Assembly: GCA_044351265.1 (NCBI GenBank) | Contig: JBILGC010000002.1 | Location: forward strand, 19,797 to 83,796 | Length of the DNA stretch: 64,000 nucleotides | DNA from: Bacteroidia bacterium | GTDB taxonomy: Bacteria > Bacteroidota > Bacteroidia > UKL13-3 | Direction: 5' to 3' | Shown: positions 58,125 to 64,000 of the stretch, piece after piece | How positions within the stretch are numbered: the first letter of the stretch is position 1 | Layout of the letters: the number at the start of each line of letters is the position of its first letter | Made by a program: the position numbers and the translations under genes | Notes under the pieces: generated by a model | Databases searched by the model: none | The model's input: only the letters and a program-made list of their open reading frames with translations | What the model was told of the DNA's origin: nothing

Positions 58125-60000
58125 TACCCTCCATAAAATTAATGAATGCCCTGTTTACTACTTTATTGCCACCTGGTGTTGGGTAGTTGCCACTAAAATA
58201 CCAGTCGCCTTTATGTTCTGGACAAGCCATGTGAACATTTTCAATACTTTGATAGATTACCCCAACTTCAGCCTCAATATCATCGGGCGTAACAATTTGT
58301 GCCACCTTATTACTAATCTCCTCATCGGTAAAAAGCGCATACAAATCTTTTAAGTAATTTACCATTTGTTCTTTGGGAATATTTTCCTGTGCCTTACATT
58401 TTTTATAAACATCCTCCAATAATTGCTCTCTGCCGGTTTCTTTTAATAGTGAAAGCATGGCCTGAAATGCCACGAAATCCTTAAGCCTACTCATATCAAT
58501 GCCATAACAGTCCGGATACCTGATTTGAGGCGCACTGGAAACAATAATGATTTTTTTAGGATGCAAACGATCTAAAATGCGCAAAATGCTTGTGCGAAGC
58601 GTAGTGCCGCGCACAATAGAGTCGTCCATTACAACAAGCGTATCCGTGTTGTTGTTGATTATTCCGTAAGTCACATCGTAAACGTGAGCCACCATATCCT
58701 CGCGGTGCTGGTCGTCTGTAATAAACGTACGTAACTTGGCGTCTTTGACGGCAATTTTTTCCCTGCGGGGCTTCAACTCTAGCAGCCGTTTTAACTCTTC
58801 TTTATCAGGGTTTGCCCCCATTTTAAAAATTTCATCTGCTTTGTATTGGCTTAAATAGTCCAACACACCGTCAATCATTCCGTAAAAGGCAGTGGCCGCA
58901 GTGTTGGGTATATAAGAAAAAACAGTATTTTTAATATCGTGATTGATGGATGAAAGCACCTTAGGAGTAAGCAGGTATCCCAGCTTTTTCCGTTCTTTAT
59001 ATATATCTCTATCGTTGCCGCGCGAGAAATAGATTCTTTCAAAGGAGCACTGCTTTTTATCTCCGGCAGGAATGATGTTGGTTTCGGTAACAGTGCCATC
59101 TTTTTTTATAATCAGTGCATTTCCCGCTCCCAACTCTTTTATGCTACTGATGCGCACATTAAAACCGGTTTGTATAGCCGGCCTTTCAGAAGTTACCACA
59201 ACTACTTCATCGTCCTGATAATAAAAACATGGTCTTATCCCGTTGGGGTCGCGCACAATAAAAGCATCCCCGTGGCCAACTAGGCCCGCAAGCACATAAC
59301 CCCCATCTACTTCTTTCAACGAACGTTTTAGTATATTTTCAATACTCAGGTTAGCCGCAATGTGTCGGGTAATTTCTTTATTGTTTAATCCTTCTGCTTT
59401 GTAATGTTCAAAAAGCGTCTGATTTTCTTCGTCAAGAAAATGCCCAATTTTTTCCAGCATGGTAATAGTGTCTGCTTTTTCACTTGGGTGTTGCCCAAGC
59501 TCCATCAGCAAATCAAACAACTCATCAACATTGGTCATATTAAAATTACCCGCAAGCATCAGGTTTCTGGTCATCCAGTTGTTTTCTCTGATAAAAGGGT
59601 GACAAAGATTGCTTTCGCTTCCACCATAGGTGCCATAGCGCAAATGGCCAAGCAAAACCTCGCCCCCAAAGGGAGAGTTTTGCTTAAAGTAAGCAGGATC
59701 CTGAAGCTCTTTTTTTGTACCCGACTCGTTAATTTTCTTGCTTATTTTACCGAAGATTTCAGCAATTGCACTACTACCGCTTGCTCGTCTTCTGAATAAA
59801 TATGGGCTACCCGGCTCGGGGTTTAATTTTATTACCCCCACACCCGCACCATCTTGGCCCCGGTTGTGTTGTTTTTCCATTAGCAGGTAAAGCTTTTTAA
59901 GGCCATAAAGCGTTGACCCGTATTTCTGCTGATAGTAATCAAGCGGTTTAAGAAGCCTGATAAAAGCTATGCCGCATTCGTGTTTTATTGCATCACTCAT
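58105..60000 (-). CDS. purF: Amidophosphoribosyltransferase (class-II glutamine amidotransferase plus PRTase), long Bacteroidota-type
   Basis: 631 aa. Ntn nucleophile Cys follows an 8-residue propeptide ([13 protein letters not shown]…). PRPP-binding motif …[18 protein letters not shown]… About 130 aa longer than classical PurF. Confidence 0.8.
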   Translation of the reverse strand: MSDAIKHECGIAFIRLLKPLDYYQQKYGSTLYGLKKLYLLMEKQHNRGQDGAGVGVIKLNPEPGSPYLFRRRASGSSAIAEIFGKISKKINESGTKKELQDPAYFKQNSPFGGEVLLGHLRYGTYGGSESNLCHPFIRENNWMTRNLMLAGNFNMTNVDELFDLLMELGQHPSEKADTITMLEKIGHFLDEENQTLFEHYKAEGLNNKEITRHIAANLSIENILKRSLKEVDGGYVLAGLVGHGDAFIVRDPNGIRPCFYYQDDEVVVVTSERPAIQTGFNVRISSIKELGAGNALIIKKDGTVTETNIIPAGDKKQCSFERIYFSRGNDRDIYKERKKLGYLLTPKVLSSINHDIKNTVFSYIPNTAATAFYGMIDGVLDYLSQYKADEIFKMGANPDKEELKRLLELKPRREKIAVKDAKLRTFITDDQHREDMVAHVYDVTYGIINNNTDTLVVMDDSIVRGTTLRTSILRILDRLHPKKIIIVSSAPQIRYPDCYGIDMSRLKDFVAFQAMLSLLKETGREQLLEDVYKKCKAQENIPKEQMVNYLKDLYALFTDEEISNKVAQIVTPDDIEAEVGVIYQSIENVHMACPEHKGDWYFSGNYPTPGGNKVVNRAFINFMEGIAARAY

Positions 60001-60030
60001 AATGGAGAAGCGAAGGTAAGGATATGCGGG

Positions 60031-60540
60031 TTATTTTTTATTTTCTTCAACAGCTGATTGTAAAATCTTTAAAAAGTCTTCAGGCCCCTTGTAGCCGGGA
60101 TCAATAATGATTCTCATTTTACGGGGAAACAAATAATAAGTTGTTGGAAAACCGGTTGATTTCCCCTGCGATAGCATGCCATAAAGCTGCGGCCCGCCAA
60201 CCGTGTCGGTTTCTACATAATACGCCACATTTTCAATTTCAGGGTTAAACTTAATGGGCACAAAATAGGTATTGAGTAAAGCAATAATATCGGGGTTGCT
60301 GTAAGTGTCTCTATCCATTCTTTTGCACCACCCACACCAATCCGTGTAGGCATCTACAAGTGCAATTTTTCCTGTTTGTTTTGCCAGTTCATACCCTTTA
60401 TTCCACTCATACCAAATAAGCTTTTGTGGTTCGGCTGGTTTGTTCTCGGCAGAACCTGTGTTTTTGCTTTTTTGAGCATGGGTAACCGGTGGGCAAAACA
60501 AAATTAAAACGATTGCTAAGCGAACAAATTTTATCATCAT
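60031..60540 (-). CDS. Periplasmic thioredoxin-fold protein (Thioredoxin_7-like)
   Basis: 169 aa. Signal peptide (…PPVTHAQ) and redox motif …DAYTDWCGWCKRMD… (WCxWC). Confidence 0.75.
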   Translation of the reverse strand: MMIKFVRLAIVLILFCPPVTHAQKSKNTGSAENKPAEPQKLIWYEWNKGYELAKQTGKIALVDAYTDWCGWCKRMDRDTYSNPDIIALLNTYFVPIKFNPEIENVAYYVETDTVGGPQLYGMLSQGKSTGFPTTYYLFPRKMRIIIDPGYKGPEDFLKILQSAVEENKK

Positions 60541-60646
60541 TCAAATGTATAATCAATAATCATACCTCAAAATATGATTTTAAGCCGTCTAAATAAAAAA
60601 TACCTCAGCAAGGTTTTTGTTATTCTATTAATTTCGCCCCTTGGCA

Positions 60647-63600
60647 ATGTTAGCAGCAGGAGACATATTATTACAAAAACTCGATTCGTTCATCAGAAGG
60701 TATTATAAAAACCAATTGATAAAAGGCGTTAGTTACACCGCAATAGCCATTCTAATAACTTTTTTGCTGGCCGTAGCAATGGAATATTATGGCCACTTCG
60801 GCACAATAGTAAGGGCTGTTTTGTTTTATTCTGTTCTGTGTACATCCGTTTATTTTATTGTGCGGTTTGTTTTGCTGCCACTGGCACGTATGTACAGGCT
60901 GGGAAAAATTATTAACCACACACAAGCGGCACAAATTATCGGAAAACACTTTCCGGAAGTGAATGATAAACTTCTTAACACCCTTCAGCTGCAAAACGAA
61001 CTGAAAAGCAGCCAAGATGCCGGATTGTTGAAAGCAGCAATTGAACAAAAAACAAACCAGCTTAAATCCATTCCTTTCTCTGCCGCCATTGATATAAAAA
61101 AGAATGTTCGATATGCCCGATATGTTTTGTTGCCCATTATGCTCTACGTTGCGATATATTTAATGGCCCCCGGCATGATTAGCGATGGCGGAAAACGGGT
61201 TATTGGCTACAACCAGTCGTTTAAGCGCACAGCCCCGTTTCGTTTTACTATAACCAACCAAAACCTTAAAGCAGAGCAATTCTCTGATTTTAATTTGGAG
61301 TTAAAGCTTGATGGCAGCAAGCTTCCGGACGAGGTTTATCTGGTAAGGGGCGATCATAAAATAAAAATGCAGAAGCAAGACAATACACACTTTAGCTACT
61401 TGTTTAATACGCTTAAGCACTCAGAAGAGTTTTATTTTGAGGCCAATGAGTTTTCCTCAGAAATATATAAGCTGGAAGTGATTTCAAGGCCCAAAATTGT
61501 TGGGTACAAGCTGCAGTTGCAATACCCAAAATATTTAAATAAAAAAACCGAAACCCTAAGCAACCCGGGTGATATAACTATTCCTGCCGGCACAGTTTTA
61601 AATTGGCAATTTGCTGTACAACAGGCCAAACAAGTAGTTTTGGGGTTTAATGGCGTTACCGCTAAAGCACAGCAGCGGGAAACAGATGTATTTACTTTTA
61701 GTAAAAAGTTATTTTTATCTACGGCTTATTATATAAAAACAACCAATAACACTATCAGTGCAGGAGATTCCTTAAGTTATCAGATTAGCGTGTTGCCCGA
61801 TGCCTACCCGACAATTTCAGCAGAAGAAAAATCAGATACGCTAACCGGCAAGCAGATTTATTTTATTGGAGATGCTGCTGATGATTATGGATTAAGCCGA
61901 TTGGTATTTTGTTATCGATTTATTAAATCCGATGCGAATGATAAAATTATAAGAGGCATAACAAACAAAACTATTGCGGTTGAGAAAAACTCAACAACAC
62001 ACCGGTTTTATTACCAAATGAGTTTAGATGAAATTGGTATTGCCCCTTCGGACGAATTAGAATATTATTTTGAAGTGTGGGATAATGATGGCGTGCATGG
62101 GCCAAAATCGTCAAAGAGCAAAATCATGATGCGCAGGGCCCCCTCTGTAAAAGAGTTGGAGCAAAAGGCTGAAGCGAGCAGCAGTATGCTGAAGGAGAAA
62201 ATGGAAGAAGCTTTAAAAGAATCAAAACTTATGCAGCGCGAACTGAAGGATCTGGAGCGCAAAATGCTTGAAAAGCGCGAATTGTCTTGGGAAGAAAAAA
62301 AGAAACTGGACCAGCTTATGGAGCGCCAAAAGAAACTAGCAGAAAAAATTGATCAGATAAAGCAAGAACAAAAACAACTCTCACAGCAAGAAGAGGAATT
62401 TAAAAAGAAAAGCGAAGAGCTTTTTCAGAAACAGCAGCAGATAGAGAAAATGTTTAATGAGGTGATGAATGATGAAATGAAAAAACTCATTAAACAGCTA
62501 GAGCAAATGATGCAATTACAAAACAAAGATTTGATTAAGCAGGAGATGGAAAAAATGCAAATTAACAACAAAGACGTAGAGAAAGAATTGGATAGAATGT
62601 TGGAACAATTTAAAAGACTGGAGGTAGAGAAAAAGCAAGAAGAGATTATTGAAAAAATTGGCCAATTACAACAAAAGCAAGAGGAGCTGTCAAAGAAAAG
62701 CGATATATTAAGCAAAGAGCCAAATCTGGGTAAAGAAGAAAAGCAACAGCAATTGGAGCAACTAAAGCAGGAACAAAAGCAAAACAAAGAAGCATTCGAT
62801 GACCTAAAAAAGCAGCTAAAAGAGTTGGAGCAAAAAAACCAATCGCTAGAAGAGCCAAAAGAAATGGAGAATACTGATGAGGAGCAGAAGCGGGCAGATG
62901 AACAGATGAAAGAGAGCGAATACGAGCTGGACAAAAAGAACAGCAAGAAAGCCGCAGAAAAACAAAAGCAGGCCTCCGATACCATGAAGAAAATGGAGGA
63001 GAAAATGAAAAGTGCAGCAGAGAAGGGAAACGAAAAAGAAATAGAACTTAATGCCGAAGCGCTTCGTGAAATACTGGAAAACACCATACAGCTTTCCAAA
63101 GACCAAGAAAAGTTAATGGAAGAGCTTAAGCTGATAAATGGCTATAACCCACAATTTGTGGATATGGCAAAAGAACAAAAACGAATTAAAGACAATGCAA
63201 AAATCATTGAAGACAGCTTATTGGCCCTAAGCAAGCGAGTGCCGGAAATAGGCTCTTTTATTAATCGTGAGGTAACCAAATTAAACGACAACTTGGATAG
63301 GAGCGTAATTGGTTTTGGAAAAAGATATTTCGGTGAAATTCGCACAAGGCAACAATACGCCATGACGCATGCCAATAATCTAGCAATGATGTTAAGTGAG
63401 GTGCTTAAGCAAATGCAAAATCAAATGAGCGGTGAGGGCCAGAAGGGTGGTAAATCTAAACCTAAACCAGGTAAAAGCAAAGGCAAGGGTATGCAAAAGG
63501 GCAAGTCAATGAGCGAGCTGAAGAAGATGCAGGAAGAGCTGAATAAACAATTGCGTGAAGGACTAAACAAGCAACAACAACCCAATGGCCAAAAGCCTGG

Positions 63601-64000
63601 AGGGCAGCAGGGAGTGGGTAGTCAGGAGTTTGCAAGAATGGCGGCACAGCAGCAGGCCATTAGGCAGCAAATGCAAAAAATGATGCAGGAAATGGGGGCA
63701 AAAGAAAAAGAAGGAATAGGCGGCAATAAGGCTGTACAGGAAATGCAAAAACTGATGGAGCAATCCGAAAAAGAGCTTTTCAACAAACAACTTACAACCG
63801 AAATGTTGCAGCGTCAGCAGGAAATATTAACCCGCATGCTGGAAAGTGAAAAAGCCGAGAAGAAACAGGAGCAGGAACAAAAACGTGAGGCCGAACAGGC
63901 AAAAGAAAAACCAAAATCCACCCCACCAGATTTTGAGCAATACATTAAGCAGAAAAACAAAGAAAAAGAACTGCAACAAACCATTCCTATTCAGCTTCAG
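60647..64000 (+). CDS. Giant membrane-anchored coiled-coil protein (DUF4175-like); 3' end outside the window
   Basis: An open frame of at least 1,118 codons was found by manual translation; the track omits it because it has no in-window stop. It has an N-terminal double TM (…VSYTAIAILITFLLAVAM…; …IVRAVLFYSVLCTSVYFIVRFVLL…) and a third helix (…YVLLPIMLYVAIYLMAPGMI…). A roughly 400-aa beta-rich region follows. From about 62150 onward there are more than 600 aa of uninterrupted K/E/Q-rich heptad-like sequence (…LEQKAEASSSMLKEKMEEALKESKLMQRELKDLERKML…). The minus-strand ORFs at 62065-63790 are reverse-complement artefacts of it. Confidence 0.7.
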   Translation, partial: MLAAGDILLQKLDSFIRRYYKNQLIKGVSYTAIAILITFLLAVAMEYYGHFGTIVRAVLFYSVLCTSVYFIVRFVLLPLARMYRLGKIINHTQAAQIIGKHFPEVNDKLLNTLQLQNELKSSQDAGLLKAAIEQKTNQLKSIPFSAAIDIKKNVRYARYVLLPIMLYVAIYLMAPGMISDGGKRVIGYNQSFKRTAPFRFTITNQNLKAEQFSDFNLELKLDGSKLPDEVYLVRGDHKIKMQKQDNTHFSYLFNTLKHSEEFYFEANEFSSEIYKLEVISRPKIVGYKLQLQYPKYLNKKTETLSNPGDITIPAGTVLNWQFAVQQAKQVVLGFNGVTAKAQQRETDVFTFSKKLFLSTAYYIKTTNNTISAGDSLSYQISVLPDAYPTISAEEKSDTLTGKQIYFIGDAADDYGLSRLVFCYRFIKSDANDKIIRGITNKTIAVEKNSTTHRFYYQMSLDEIGIAPSDELEYYFEVWDNDGVHGPKSSKSKIMMRRAPSVKELEQKAEASSSMLKEKMEEALKESKLMQRELKDLERKMLEKRELSWEEKKKLDQLMERQKKLAEKIDQIKQEQKQLSQQEEEFKKKSEELFQKQQQIEKMFNEVMNDEMKKLIKQLEQMMQLQNKDLIKQEMEKMQINNKDVEKELDRMLEQFKRLEVEKKQEEIIEKIGQLQQKQEELSKKSDILSKEPNLGKEEKQQQLEQLKQEQKQNKEAFDDLKKQLKELEQKNQSLEEPKEMENTDEEQKRADEQMKESEYELDKKNSKKAAEKQKQASDTMKKMEEKMKSAAEKGNEKEIELNAEALREILENTIQLSKDQEKLMEELKLINGYNPQFVDMAKEQKRIKDNAKIIEDSLLALSKRVPEIGSFINREVTKLNDNLDRSVIGFGKRYFGEIRTRQQYAMTHANNLAMMLSEVLKQMQNQMSGEGQKGGKSKPKPGKSKGKGMQKGKSMSELKKMQEELNKQLREGLNKQQQPNGQKPGGQQGVGSQEFARMAAQQQAIRQQMQKMMQEMGAKEKEGIGGNKAVQEMQKLMEQSEKELFNKQLTTEMLQRQQEILTRMLESEKAEKKQEQEQKREAEQAKEKPKSTPPDFEQYIKQKNKEKELQQTIPIQLQ

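Noticed and set aside
62065-63790. Cluster of Ser/Phe/Cys-rich minus-strand ORFs (62425-63099 and others)
   Set aside because: They are reverse complements of the K/E/Q-rich coiled-coil codons (AAG/GAA/CAG give CTT/TTC/CTG) of the giant plus-strand gene. They are not independent genes.
1-64000. CRISPR arrays, transposases, integrases, phage genes, tRNA/rRNA genes, defence-system signature proteins
   Set aside because: I looked for spaced direct repeats, DDE or tyrosine-recombinase motifs, and nuclease/ATPase/reverse-transcriptase signatures across both strands. None were found, and the window appears to be core chromosome plus glycan and carotenoid accessory blocks.

Overview
This window reads as chromosomal DNA from a Bacteroidota genome, probably Sphingobacteriia or Chitinophagia. 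GC looks about 40-43% by eye. The gene set is typical of the phylum: uppS-bamA, DUF6089-like outer-membrane paralogs, a T9SS type-B C-terminal-domain protein, GtrA, and a long PurF.

About 58 protein genes are supportable and the DNA is almost entirely coding. I found no rRNA, tRNA, CRISPR, integrase or transposase.

Housekeeping genes supported by signature motifs are bamA (partial), uppS, nadK, pabA/trpG, carB, murI, menD, menB, purE, purK, idi, radC, gatA, tatA, rluB, ybeY, mnmG, pheS, lptB and purF, plus a pair of M16 peptidases.

There are two accessory-looking blocks:
- A surface-glycan-like cluster spans about 7.7-21.4 kb. It carries four SAM methyltransferases, an LbH acetyltransferase, an epimerase, two GT-B glycosyltransferases, an AsnB-like amidotransferase and a Wzx-like flippase. 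It also contains an operon of a Gfo/Idh/MocA oxidoreductase, an LpxA-family acyltransferase and a DegT aminotransferase. That arrangement resembles the GnnA/LpxA/GnnB route to 3-amino, N-acylated GlcNAc (diamino-sugar lipid A), or the WbpB/D/E route.
- A carotenoid cluster spans about 32.8-40.9 kb (idi, an unknown secreted protein, crtB, crtI, an inserted TonB-dependent receptor, a crtD-like desaturase and a histidine-motif-free membrane protein).

Other things worth a second look:
- A tandem triplication of DUF6089-like beta-barrel genes upstream of uppS-bamA.
- A frameshifted Ig-like lipoprotein gene whose 3' half sits in an AT-rich (~30% GC) block running up to pheS.
- An exactly duplicated 16-nt near-palindrome at the ybeY/mnmG junction.
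- A giant protein running off the 3' end (more than 1,100 aa in-window), with an N-terminal double-TM anchor and a very long K/E/Q-rich coiled coil.
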